Assembly: GCA_048937405.1 (NCBI GenBank)
Contig: JBHLNF010000020.1
Coordinates: 1 to 45,047, forward strand
From: Promethearchaeota archaeon
Lineage (GTDB): Archaea; Asgardarchaeota; Lokiarchaeia; Sigyniarchaeales; SOKP01
Direction of reading: 5' to 3'
DNA: 45,047 nucleotides
The position numbers and the translations under genes were made by a program. Each line of letters opens with the position of its first letter. Position 1 is the first letter of the stretch. Below are positions 8,926 through 18,692 of this stretch, one piece after another. Below the pieces are notes generated by a model that saw only the letters and a list, made by a program, of their open reading frames with translations, was not told the DNA's origin and did not search any database.

Positions 8926-11082
8926 TTACAATGCTAAAAATTCTGCCAAAAGCCCTGCTCCATTGCTAAAAAGCATTAAAAAACCAAGAAAGATAGATGC
9001 TGTTAATGACATTACAACCAATAATGTATTAATACTTGGTCCTGCAGTGTCTTTAAATGGATCTCCAACCGTATCACCAGTAATGGATGCTTTATGTGTT
9101 TCAGTACCTTTACCTCCGAGGTTCCCATCTTCGATCCATTTCTTAGCATTGTCCCATGAACCTCCAGCATTCGACATAAAGATTGCGAATACAAAACCAG
9201 ATAAAATTGCACCTGCTAAAAATGCTCCTAATGCTGCAACTCCAAATAATATTCCTACAGAAATTGGGATAGCAATTGCAATTATACTTGGTAATATAAG
9301 TTCTTTTAAAGCACCCTTAGTCGCAATTGATATACATTTATTAAAATCTGCTGCTTCTTCACCAGTTAATATCTTAGGTTTCTCTTCAAATTGTCGTCTG
9401 ATTTCATCAACCATTTTAGCCGCGTTTCTTTGTACAGCAAGAACTAGTAAAGCAGAATAAAGTGCAGGAACAACTACTCCAATAAAGGCCCCAATTAAAA
9501 CATCTACACTAAGTAAATTCACCACATCTATCGTCCCTGCTTGAATATCATTCGCTTCAGTTGCAAATGAGAACATTAAAGCAAGTACTGTTAGATTTGC
9601 TGCGCCAATAGCAAACCCTTTAGTAATAGCTTTTGCTGTATTTCCCGCGGAATCTAATCTATCTGCAGTTCTAATAACATCTTCACCCAAATCACCTTGT
9701 TCAGCAATACCCCTCGCATTATCTACAATTGGTCCATACGCATCATTAGAGACAATAGTTCCAACAATTGCAAGCATACCTACTGCTGCCATTGCTACTC
9801 CAAATAGTCCTCCTAAGATATAGGCCGCAGCCATTGCTATAACAATACCAACAGCAGGTGGTACAACACTTAATAATCCATAAGAAAATCCGCTAAGAAT
9901 GACAACTGCATCACCTTCTTGTGCTGATTTTGCAATATTTCTTGTTGGTTTCTTATTATCACTTGTAAAGTAATCACTTGTGAATCCTATAACCAGTCCA
10001 CTAAGTAATCCTATCAATACTGAAAAATATAGTTTCCATAAGAACATTATCTCATCATTACTTAATCCTAATGCCATTATTGCTGTAATTATTGCGGCAA
10101 GACCACCAAAGACAATTGTAGCTAGATATGTTCCTAAATTTAATAATTTTCCGGGATCTTCTCCTTTTATCATTTTAATTAGGTAAATGCAAATCAGAGA
10201 AGCTATTAACCCAACACCACTTAAAACAACTGGAAATATTACAAAAGTATATCTAATTTCAATTGACATAGTTCCCCATATATCGGAAAATGCGGGAGCT
10301 AAAATTGATAAAGTTGCAGCTAACATCATTGCAGCTACAATTGATGCTACATATGAATCAAATAAATCACTACCCATCCCTGCAATATCACCAACATTAT
10401 CACCCACATTATCAGCAATAGTTGCTGGATTGCGTGGATCATCTTCAGGTAGATTATATTCAGCTTTTCCAACAAGATCAGCACCTACATCTGCAGTTTT
10501 TGTGTAGATTCCTCCTCCAGCTTTCATAAAAAGCGCAACGCTACTAGCTCCAAAACTGAAGCCTAAAACAATCATAGGATCTGGAATAATCCAATATAGG
10601 ATAGAAAGACCAATAAGCGCTACACCAACAACTGCAAGACCCATTACTGCGCCACCAAAAAAAGCTATATCGAAGCCTTTCTTGGTGCTAATAGTACAAC
10701 CTTGAGCAGAACGCGTATTAGTTTTTACACCTGTCATCATTCCTAAATAACCAGCCATCATTGAACCAACAGAACCTATAATATACGCAATCATTTGTTC
10801 CCAATTTAAGGCATCAGGTATAAGTCTATTGTATGTTTCGCTCTCCTTTAAGGGAGAAGGTAAAAATAATAATGCTATTGCTAAAACAATAACAAAAATA
10901 CCTAGGATTTTATATTGAACTTTAAGGAATGTTTTGGCTCCTTTTTCAATATACTCAGATACTTCAATCATTCTTTCATTTCCTGGATCTTCTTTCAGTA
11001 CTAACTTAGCAAAATATAAAGCCATTGCAATTGAAAGTATCCCCGCAATTAATGCAACAATTAAAATTATCGGTACAGCCAT
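8926..11082 (-). CDS. hppA: Membrane-bound ion-translocating pyrophosphatase, probably K+-independent H+-PPase
   Basis: GGGIYTKTADVGADLVGKAE, DDPRNPATIADNVGDNVGD, GGSWDNAKK, GDTVGDPFKDT. GNTAKA has Lys at the Ala/Lys K+-dependence signature. Confidence 0.95.
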   Translation of the reverse strand: MAVPIILIVALIAGILSIAMALYFAKLVLKEDPGNERMIEVSEYIEKGAKTFLKVQYKILGIFVIVLAIALLFLPSPLKESETYNRLIPDALNWEQMIAYIIGSVGSMMAGYLGMMTGVKTNTRSAQGCTISTKKGFDIAFFGGAVMGLAVVGVALIGLSILYWIIPDPMIVLGFSFGASSVALFMKAGGGIYTKTADVGADLVGKAEYNLPEDDPRNPATIADNVGDNVGDIAGMGSDLFDSYVASIVAAMMLAATLSILAPAFSDIWGTMSIEIRYTFVIFPVVLSGVGLIASLICIYLIKMIKGEDPGKLLNLGTYLATIVFGGLAAIITAIMALGLSNDEIMFLWKLYFSVLIGLLSGLVIGFTSDYFTSDNKKPTRNIAKSAQEGDAVVILSGFSYGLLSVVPPAVGIVIAMAAAYILGGLFGVAMAAVGMLAIVGTIVSNDAYGPIVDNARGIAEQGDLGEDVIRTADRLDSAGNTAKAITKGFAIGAANLTVLALMFSFATEANDIQAGTIDVVNLLSVDVLIGAFIGVVVPALYSALLVLAVQRNAAKMVDEIRRQFEEKPKILTGEEAADFNKCISIATKGALKELILPSIIAIAIPISVGILFGVAALGAFLAGAILSGFVFAIFMSNAGGSWDNAKKWIEDGNLGGKGTETHKASITGDTVGDPFKDTAGPSINTLLVVMSLTASIFLGFLMLFSNGAGLLAEFLAL

Positions 11083-11381
11083 AATTTTTCACATATTTAT
11101 TTTGTTTTTATTAAATTTTTTATAACACAAAAGTGTAATAATATCAAACAAAATTTCTTAAATCATTAAAACATTTTGAATTTTAATTAGATATATATTT
11201 AAATTGATGTAAATAAATGAATTTCTAAAAAAAAAGAATTTAAATAATAACACTTTAGAGAGAGATTTTATTAAATTACTTGAAAACCTATATTTAATAT
11301 GATCATATAAAGTCGCTAATGGATAAATACAACCATTTTTTCTTTTAGCAAATATAAACATCATTCTGAGAGGTTGAAAGT

Positions 11382-12326
11382 ATGGATGAAATTAAATGTG
11401 AAATATTAATTATTGGTAGTGGTCCAGCAGGGTTAAGTGCTGGTATTTATTGTGCACGTGCAAATAGAGATATTATAATTCTTGATGGAAAAGAATTATC
11501 TGGCTTAGAAAAAGCTAAAGAAATTCAAAATTGGCCTGGGGAGATCGATATCAAAGGAAAAAATCTCTTGAAGAAGTTTAGAGCACATGCTGAAAGCTAT
11601 TCTGAAAATATTAATATTATCCAAGGTGATATAATTTCATTAATGCTTGGGATGGGTGTAAATGTAACAACAACAAGAACATCAACAATTTCTTCCGACG
11701 TTGTTATTATAGCAACAGGAAGAGGCACTCGTAAAGATATAATTAAAGGAGAAAGCAATTTATTAGGTTTTGGTGTTTCGTATAGTGCCTTAAATGATGG
11801 ACCATTATATAGGGATAAAGTTGTCTATGTATATGGTAAAGATGAAGAAATGATAGAAGAAGCATTAACATTACAACAAATGGGTTGTATTGTTCATATA
11901 ATCACAGATTTAGAGATTGAAGATTTACCAGATAAAATTTTCGAAGTTAAAAAAAAAGGAATTGAAATTCTTGAAAAGATGGAAGTAATTGAAGCAATTT
12001 CAGATTCAGAAGGTAAGCTTCAAAAAGTATTATGTAAATCTACTAAGACTGAATTAGAAGGTATTGAAGAAATAAAGGAATTAGAGTTAGATTGTTTATT
12101 CATTTTATCTCATATTTCATCTAATTCAATTTTTAAAAAAGCAGGAGTAGAATTAGATGATTTAGGAAATATTAAAATTGATGATGATCAAAAAACAAAT
12201 CTTAAAGGTGTATATGCTGCTGGAGATTGTACTGGGGGACTTTTTCAAGTAGTTTTTGCTACGGCAGAAGGTTCACGGGCAGCGATAAGTGCATGCAAGT
12301 ATCTTCGGCAATTAAAGAAGGAATAA
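11382..12326 (+). CDS. Thioredoxin reductase-like flavoprotein lacking the redox CXXC
   Basis: IIGSGPAGLSAG, IIATG and GVYAAGD are retained; GVSYSALNDG replaces GxSYCAxCDG. Confidence 0.85.
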   Translation: MDEIKCEILIIGSGPAGLSAGIYCARANRDIIILDGKELSGLEKAKEIQNWPGEIDIKGKNLLKKFRAHAESYSENINIIQGDIISLMLGMGVNVTTTRTSTISSDVVIIATGRGTRKDIIKGESNLLGFGVSYSALNDGPLYRDKVVYVYGKDEEMIEEALTLQQMGCIVHIITDLEIEDLPDKIFEVKKKGIEILEKMEVIEAISDSEGKLQKVLCKSTKTELEGIEEIKELELDCLFILSHISSNSIFKKAGVELDDLGNIKIDDDQKTNLKGVYAAGDCTGGLFQVVFATAEGSRAAISACKYLRQLKKE

Positions 12327-12421
12327 ATTATCTAAAAGGAGAATAGAAAAAAACAATAAATAATTTTTAAAATTAATAATTACAAATGCGAATAAAGCCA
12401 CAAATATAATGGAGAATAAAA

Positions 12422-13372
12422 TTGACTTATAAAAATGAATTTGATCTTGTTATTATTGGAGGTGGACCTGCCGGTTTAACAGCAGCAATTTATGGGGGAA
12501 GAATGGGATTAAAGACCGCTCTTTTTGAAGGAAAAGGTTTTGGAGGTTTAGCAGGGACTGCTCCTAAAATTGAAAATTATCCCGGTTTTGAAAGTATCAA
12601 CGGTCTTGAATTAACAGAAAAAATGAGAGTACAAGCTGAAAATTGGGGAACAACTTTTTTCTTTAATGAAGTATCAGCAATTAACCCAAAGGAAATGATA
12701 ATCACAACATATGAAGGAGAATTCAAAGCAAAAGCAATTATAATTGCAACTGGATCAAAACATATGACCCTTGGCTTATCTAATGAATTTGAACTAGTCG
12801 GTAACGGAATATCTTACTGTGCTACTTGCGATGGCCCTTTATTTCGAGATCAGGTAGTTGCCACGGTTGGTGGTAGTAATGCTGCGGGCCTAGAAGTAAT
12901 TTATCTTTCTGGTATAGCAAAAAAAGTATATCTTATTCACAGACGTCACTGTATGAGAGCAGAAGCATGTATAGTCGATGAGGTTGATTCATTGCCCAAT
13001 GTTGAACCAATGTATAATTGTATTATTGAAGAAGCAATAATTAAAGATAACAAATTGGGTGAATTAAAAATTAAAAACATTGAAACAGGTGAAATTTCTA
13101 AGATTGACGTTAAAGCGTTGTTTATTGCAATAGGAGTAGAGCCACAGAGTGATTTAGCAAGAAAAGCCGGTATCGAACTTGATGAAGACAATAACATTAA
13201 GGTTAACAGAAATCAAGAAACTAATTTTTCAGGTATTTACGCAGCCGGAGATGTAACTGGTGGAATACGACAGGTAACCACTGCTACTGGTGAAGCGACC
13301 ACAGCCGCGATGAATGCGTATCTCTTCATCAAACAAGGTTGGTATGGAAGTGGAGAGGCTCTAAAAAAATAA
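12422..13372 (+). CDS. trxB: Thioredoxin-disulfide reductase
   Basis: GGGPAGLTAA, ENYPGF, GISYCATCDG, LIHRR, GIYAAGDV; TTG start with GGAG upstream. Confidence 0.93.
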   Translation: MTYKNEFDLVIIGGGPAGLTAAIYGGRMGLKTALFEGKGFGGLAGTAPKIENYPGFESINGLELTEKMRVQAENWGTTFFFNEVSAINPKEMIITTYEGEFKAKAIIIATGSKHMTLGLSNEFELVGNGISYCATCDGPLFRDQVVATVGGSNAAGLEVIYLSGIAKKVYLIHRRHCMRAEACIVDEVDSLPNVEPMYNCIIEEAIIKDNKLGELKIKNIETGEISKIDVKALFIAIGVEPQSDLARKAGIELDEDNNIKVNRNQETNFSGIYAAGDVTGGIRQVTTATGEATTAAMNAYLFIKQGWYGSGEALKK

Positions 13373-13447
13373 TAAAAAACATCAGATCTATTATAATATC
13401 TCAATATTATAATGTATTTTGTAATTTCACGATGATTTCTATATAAC

Positions 13448-14371
13448 ATGGAAAACTATAAAATTTCTGATTTTATTGAGGATTTCCTAATAGCCAAAGA
13501 AGTTGAAGAGGGTTGTGCTTCCTCAACAATTAAAGCTTATCAATATGATCTTCAAAAATTCATTGAACTTATTGGAGATCTCCAAATTAATTCCTCTCTA
13601 CTACGCCAAAGAATTCGTCTATTCTTGAAAAAATTGAATGAGATGAACTATACAAAAAAAGGGATAGGGAGGAAAATTGCATCTTTGCGTTCTTATTTTA
13701 AATTTCTGGAATTAAATGAATTCATTTCAAAGAACCCTATGAGTACAATTAAAACTCCTAAAATTAAGCTTGAAGAAAGCTTACCTAAGTTTTTAAGAAT
13801 TTCTGATATGGAGGTAATTTTTACTAAGTTGAAAGACCGACATTTATTCAACTCTCGAAAGAGTGAACGATATTATATGATTGTTAGACTTCTATATTCT
13901 ACAATGGCACGAGTAAGTGAGTTATGTAATATAAAAATAAGAGATATTGACTTTGAAAGAGGTTATATTCAACTCCGTGGGAAAGGAAATAAGGAAAGAA
14001 TTGTACCAGTTGATCAAAAAACGTTGGAAATTTTTAAAGAATATCTTAAAAATAGAATAATTTATGATTCTGAAGAGTATTTATTAGTAAATACGAGAAA
14101 TCAAAAACTAAATCCACGAGTTGTACAAGCAGATATTAAAACAATTAAAGAAAAATGTGGATTTTCTGAGTCTAAAATAATCACACCTCATGTATTTAGG
14201 CATACTGGTGCAACTCATTTAAGGAGATCCGGGATGGACATAAGTGAATTACAAGATATTTTGGGGCATTCTAGTCCAAATACAACACGGATTTATGCCA
14301 AAAATGATATAACTAAGTTAAAAGAATCATACTCTCAGATGCATCCTTTAAACAATATTGATAAATTATAG
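13448..14371 (+). CDS. xerA: XerA-like site-specific tyrosine recombinase
   Basis: TIKAYQYDL N-terminal domain, NPM...TPK...LPKFL, catalytic R(ARVSE), K(GKGNKER), HxxR (PHVFRH), LGH, Y (TTRIY). Confidence 0.88.
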   Translation: MENYKISDFIEDFLIAKEVEEGCASSTIKAYQYDLQKFIELIGDLQINSSLLRQRIRLFLKKLNEMNYTKKGIGRKIASLRSYFKFLELNEFISKNPMSTIKTPKIKLEESLPKFLRISDMEVIFTKLKDRHLFNSRKSERYYMIVRLLYSTMARVSELCNIKIRDIDFERGYIQLRGKGNKERIVPVDQKTLEIFKEYLKNRIIYDSEEYLLVNTRNQKLNPRVVQADIKTIKEKCGFSESKIITPHVFRHTGATHLRRSGMDISELQDILGHSSPNTTRIYAKNDITKLKESYSQMHPLNNIDKL

Positions 14372-14423
14372 GTATTAATCTAATTTCTTAGTTAATAAAT
14401 TTAATAAAAAAAAAACATAATTT

Positions 14424-14451
14424 AATAAGTATAAGAAAATTTATACTTTAA
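14424..14451. other. Candidate dif-like recombination site (11-6-11)
   Basis: AATAAGTATAA-GAAAAT-TTATACTTTAA: perfect 8-bp inner inverted repeat around a 6-bp spacer with an ATAA-N6-TTAT core, 52 nt after the xerA stop. Confidence 0.35.
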
Positions 14452-14506
14452 TCGTTCTTTTATTACGTATACATCAAAATAAAATAGTGAGTCTTCTCGA
14501 TTTATA

Positions 14507-15700
14507 ATGGATGAGGATGAATTTAGAAAACAATTTCGGAAAAAATCAGTTTTTCGACAAGCAAGCTCTCTTGATTTAAGTTATGTACCTGAAAAATTAT
14601 TTTGTCGTGATGAATCTCTTAAGACTTTAATATTTAATTATCGACGTATTTTAGAGGAAGATCTGCAACCTTCCATAAACTGTTTGATATTGGGAAAGGG
14701 AGGTGTTGGAAAAACTTGTACAGCTCGATTTTTTGGGAGAACTTTCAGAACAATTGCAATTGAAAATGATGTTAATTTATTTATTGAATATTTTAATTGC
14801 ATTAATTTTCGCTCCAAAAGTAAGATAATTAGAGAATTACTTGCTAAATATCAACATGGGAGTGGAAGAGGTTTCAGTGATGATGAGGCATTAAAACTAA
14901 TTCTCTCACAACTCATTCGGGAACAAGGATATATGTTATTGGTTATAGACGAGATCCATCTTTTAAAACCAGATGAAGTATTAGCATTTCTAGATATCGC
15001 TGAGACTTTTGGCCATCAAAATGCAAAATTATCATTACTTTTAATTTCTAGAAGTAAAGATTGGATGAAAATTGAAAATGAGAGAATTTTAAGTAGATTA
15101 AATGAAAAAATACAGCTTAAACCTTATAACTTCGATGAGTCAATGCAAATATTAAAATATCGAAGTGATCTTGCTTTTAAAGAAGATGTTATCAATATGG
15201 AGTTATTGATAATGATTTCTCAAATTGTGGTTGCTCATAAAAATATGAGACATGGTATTGAAATATTAAGAAAAAGTGGGTCCTATTGTGATAAAGAAGG
15301 ATTAAATACTATAACAGCAGATATAATTAGAGAAGCTTCTAATGATGTATATCCTACTTTTAGAAATGATATTGTTGATGAATTAAAAGATCAAGAACTT
15401 TTAGCTTTATATGGTATTGTAAGATCTTTAATTAGTACAGATGAACCTTACACGTTAGTTGATGATGCGTTTGAGGATTATAATGCGATTTGTGAAAATT
15501 ATTCAATAGAACCACATGTTAAAATGAGTTTTAGGAAATATGTTCGCCAACTTACCCAATTAAAAATAGTTTCTTCTAAAACTGTAAGAATTGAGGATGC
15601 TACACGTGGAAGACATTTAGAGATTACTCTTTTAGATATCCCGGCTAAGAAGCTAGCTGAGTTATTAGAAGATATCTTAGAAAAAAAATTTCGGACATAA
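14507..15700 (+). CDS. cdc6: Orc1/Cdc6 family replication initiator AAA+ ATPase
   Basis: LDLSYVPEKLFCR, Walker A GKGGVGKT, YFNC, Walker B LVIDEIH, ERILSRL Arg finger, C-terminal winged helix ending ...RGR. Confidence 0.92.
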   Translation: MDEDEFRKQFRKKSVFRQASSLDLSYVPEKLFCRDESLKTLIFNYRRILEEDLQPSINCLILGKGGVGKTCTARFFGRTFRTIAIENDVNLFIEYFNCINFRSKSKIIRELLAKYQHGSGRGFSDDEALKLILSQLIREQGYMLLVIDEIHLLKPDEVLAFLDIAETFGHQNAKLSLLLISRSKDWMKIENERILSRLNEKIQLKPYNFDESMQILKYRSDLAFKEDVINMELLIMISQIVVAHKNMRHGIEILRKSGSYCDKEGLNTITADIIREASNDVYPTFRNDIVDELKDQELLALYGIVRSLISTDEPYTLVDDAFEDYNAICENYSIEPHVKMSFRKYVRQLTQLKIVSSKTVRIEDATRGRHLEITLLDIPAKKLAELLEDILEKKFRT

Positions 15701-15798
15701 TTCAGAGGTTTAATACTTCAATTAATATGACTCTTTTTTTATATGATTCTATATTTAAAAATCACATATTATATAGAAGATTCTTAATATTTCTACTT

Positions 15799-16029
15799 TT
15801 AATATTGTTCTTTATCCGATTTTGAGCTTGAGTACCATTCTAACCATTCTTTACGTCGATTTTTTTTTTGTTGCAAATCATCATCTTCAGTTGTATTTTC
15901 GCTTCTTACTTTTTGCCAATATCTATCTAATTCGTGTCTACTAAGCGATAAACCACATGATTGACATACAACTTGTTTTATGGCGGAATGGTATTTCATA
16001 AAGCCTCCACATTCTGGGCAACGAGCCAT
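15799..16029 (-). CDS. Small zinc-ribbon protein
   Basis: CPECGG...CQSCGL followed by a charged helical tail. Confidence 0.8.
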   Translation of the reverse strand: MARCPECGGFMKYHSAIKQVVCQSCGLSLSRHELDRYWQKVRSENTTEDDDLQQKKNRRKEWLEWYSSSKSDKEQY

Positions 16030-16169
16030 TATTATACTATATTATTCTTTGTTTAGAGTCATAAATATGCTAATTTATTATATAGATAGAATTAATTAAT
16101 GTTAAAATATTTTGTGTCTAAAATTAGAAAGTCTAGTTATTTGTATGAGTTATTAATAGCTTTTTTTAT

Positions 16170-17402
16170 GTGAAAAAGATGAAATCAGATGTATTTTTTT
16201 TTACAGCTCGAACTCATATTCACAATCAGAGTATGAGTAAATTTAAAGGTCCATTAGCATTGAAAAAGATTGGAATTGAACAAAAAATTAAAAATGGTGA
16301 TAAAATAATAATTAAAACCCATTTTGGGGCATTAGAGAACATAAGATATCTCCGCCCTAGTTACATTCGATTTTTGTGTGATTACGTTAAAGAATTAGGT
16401 GGTATTCCTTCAGTTGCAGAATCTTGTGGATGGGGCGTTCCTGAAAGTGTTTCTGTAAAACATACAGAATATAGTGGTAGAGCCACTGAAGAAGAATATC
16501 TTAAAGTCGCACTTTTTCACGGCTATACTGAAGAAACTATGGGTGCTCCAATTCTAATGCTTGATGGAAAAACTGGAGAAGATATTGAAATTCAAAAAAT
16601 TGATGGTAAGAGATTTAAAGAAGTCCTAGTGGCAGGACGTTTAAGGGAATTTGACTATTTAATACTAGCTACTCATTTTAAAGGTCATACAGGTGGTGGT
16701 TTTGGGGGATCAATTAAAAATCTTGGAATTGGATGCGTGAGTAAGGGAGGTAAGGTAGAAGCACATACTGGAAAAACATTTGAGATCGATTTTGATAAGT
16801 GTATACCAAAATGTAAAAATTGTATTAATATATGTCCAACCAACGCATTAACTAAGGATCAGAATAATAAACTAGTTTTTAAGAAAGAAAAATGTAAATT
16901 TTGTTATATGTGTGCTTCAGTATGTAAAGATGAGTTAATCAATATTGGTACAGTTCAACGTGAAGAATTTATTACACAGATGATTGATAATGCTAAAGGG
17001 GTTGTTGAATTTTTCGGAAAAGAAAAAATATTTTATATTAATTATGCAATTGATATTACTTATCAATGTGATTGTACAGGGGGTTCTGATGTTCCATTTG
17101 TTCCAGATATTGGTATTTTAGCATCATTGGATCCTGTGGCTTTGGATCAAGCAACTGTAGATCTTGTTCACAAATCTTCAATTGCACCTCATTCAGCTCT
17201 TTCTGATATAGAGGGACTTACTACTCAAGGACCATATGAGTGGTTTTCACACACACCACGTTTTAATCCTGAAAATGGAGAAATGGATTTTAGTGGAAAA
17301 GAATCAAAACACTGGGAATTACAATTAAAATTAGCTGAAAAGATTGGCCTAGGCACAAGAGACTATAATTTAGTTAAAGTAGAAATTGAATTAGAAAAAT
17401 AA
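16170..17402 (+). CDS. DUF362-domain Fe-S protein with inserted ferredoxin domain
   Basis: IKTHFG, HFKGH..GGFGGSIKNLGIGC, two CxxCxxxC-type ferredoxin motifs, CDC...PDIGILASLDPVALDQA. Start is GTG 16170 or ATG 16179. Confidence 0.88.
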   Translation: MKKMKSDVFFFTARTHIHNQSMSKFKGPLALKKIGIEQKIKNGDKIIIKTHFGALENIRYLRPSYIRFLCDYVKELGGIPSVAESCGWGVPESVSVKHTEYSGRATEEEYLKVALFHGYTEETMGAPILMLDGKTGEDIEIQKIDGKRFKEVLVAGRLREFDYLILATHFKGHTGGGFGGSIKNLGIGCVSKGGKVEAHTGKTFEIDFDKCIPKCKNCINICPTNALTKDQNNKLVFKKEKCKFCYMCASVCKDELINIGTVQREEFITQMIDNAKGVVEFFGKEKIFYINYAIDITYQCDCTGGSDVPFVPDIGILASLDPVALDQATVDLVHKSSIAPHSALSDIEGLTTQGPYEWFSHTPRFNPENGEMDFSGKESKHWELQLKLAEKIGLGTRDYNLVKVEIELEK

Positions 17403-17590
17403 AATGATAATTTTTGTTTTTTCATTAATTTCATTTAAAATTTCAAAATATGTATAATATCAACTTTTTTAATACAAATCAAATTTTTCATTTCCAAATA
17501 TTAGAAATGGAAGAAAATAACCATCTTAACAAAAAAAAACTAAACCTCTGAAAAACAAATAAAAATAATTCACAACTCGGAATTTTCTTC

Positions 17591-18487
17591 TTAATCTGAT
17601 GTTTGAATATTTTCTTTTGAGTAATTTTCTAAATAAGTAATCCTTTTTTCTAAGATTGTCATAGTTTCTATAATATTATTGAGAACTTTGTTAGTTTCTC
17701 TAATCTCATATTGTAGATCTCCAAGTTGTTGTAATATAAATAACATAACTTTAGATTCTTTAACTGGAATAGTCAACCAATTAATTATATTTTGTATAAA
17801 TTTTCTGTTATCATATGAATTTAACCCAATTCTGGGATTTGACGTAAAAATATCAACATCTCCAATTGCTACTACTTTTCCTTGTCCAAATTGAGTATAT
17901 GCAGCAATAATTTGCTGTTTCTCATTTTCTTTAGTCCATTTATCAGACATATTGTTATAGATTTCGGCCCATACAGAATTTTTACCTGTTTGTAATAATG
18001 GTTTTACTTCTCTATTTAAAAGTAAAGAACATGCACCTCCAATTACCATTTCTCTTAAATTATTTGTATTTTGGTTTTTAAAAAAATCTTGAATATGTAA
18101 TATACTTGAACAATTTTGGTTATCATCATTCATTTCTTTAATTAGATTTTTCTGAAAAAAGATGCCAAACTTTCCAGCAATATCATTGAGATTAGTTTTT
18201 TGAAGAGAATCCGAACCATATTCACTCAAGAGTAATAGTCCACTCCCACTCCTTACATGATCAACAATATATTTTATTTCCAAACTAGAAAAGAAATCAT
18301 CAATCGGATTTCCAATGATTAGTAGATCTATATTTTCTAAGATTTCCTTAGAAATTAGACCACTTTCATTTATTTTAACCTTTAGATCTAATTTTTTAAG
18401 GATATCCAAAAATTCCTTGAATTCTTCATCGTTGGTATTTAGCATTTCGTTGTGTGCTAAATCAATAAGAACAGTTTTTTTAAGCAT
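17591..18487 (-). CDS. GIFT-domain (GldG/IFT52/DUF4350-like) protein with C-terminal coiled coil
   Basis: VLIDLAHNE, DLLIIGNP, FS..EI..I..HV..G.GLLLL, GKVVAIGD.DIF, N..FI.NII.WL; heptad tail LQYEIRETNKVLNNIIETMTILEKRITYLE. Confidence 0.7.
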   Translation of the reverse strand: MLKKTVLIDLAHNEMLNTNDEEFKEFLDILKKLDLKVKINESGLISKEILENIDLLIIGNPIDDFFSSLEIKYIVDHVRSGSGLLLLSEYGSDSLQKTNLNDIAGKFGIFFQKNLIKEMNDDNQNCSSILHIQDFFKNQNTNNLREMVIGGACSLLLNREVKPLLQTGKNSVWAEIYNNMSDKWTKENEKQQIIAAYTQFGQGKVVAIGDVDIFTSNPRIGLNSYDNRKFIQNIINWLTIPVKESKVMLFILQQLGDLQYEIRETNKVLNNIIETMTILEKRITYLENYSKENIQTSD

Positions 18488-18692
18488 ATCGAAAACGATG
18501 AGGGCTTTTATTGGGGAATTATTAAAAATAGATTATATCTTACAAGAAAATTCACATATAAAAATAATTATATATCTATTATTTTTCCGTTCTTGCCTAC
18601 CTACCAAAAATTTTTTAAAGTGTATTCAATAATCTTTTTTGGAACATTTTAAGTGTTGATAATATATAAAAAAGTCAAAAGGAAAAAGATTT

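Noticed and set aside
8963-10507. Plus-strand ORFs antisense to hppA, and similar nested short ORFs throughout the track
   Set aside because: Shadow ORFs inside well-supported genes.
13390-13413. dif site upstream of xerA
   Set aside because: Spacing between ATAA and TTAT is 10 nt rather than 6; kept only as an operator candidate.
13448-15700. Integrated mobile element (integrase + Orc1/Cdc6)
   Set aside because: The recombinase looks like chromosomal XerA, flanking genes are housekeeping, and I saw no tRNA target, att duplication or viral/plasmid genes.
14372-16169. Replication origin next to cdc6
   Set aside because: No repeated ORB-like elements or G-strings visible in the short flanking intergenic regions.
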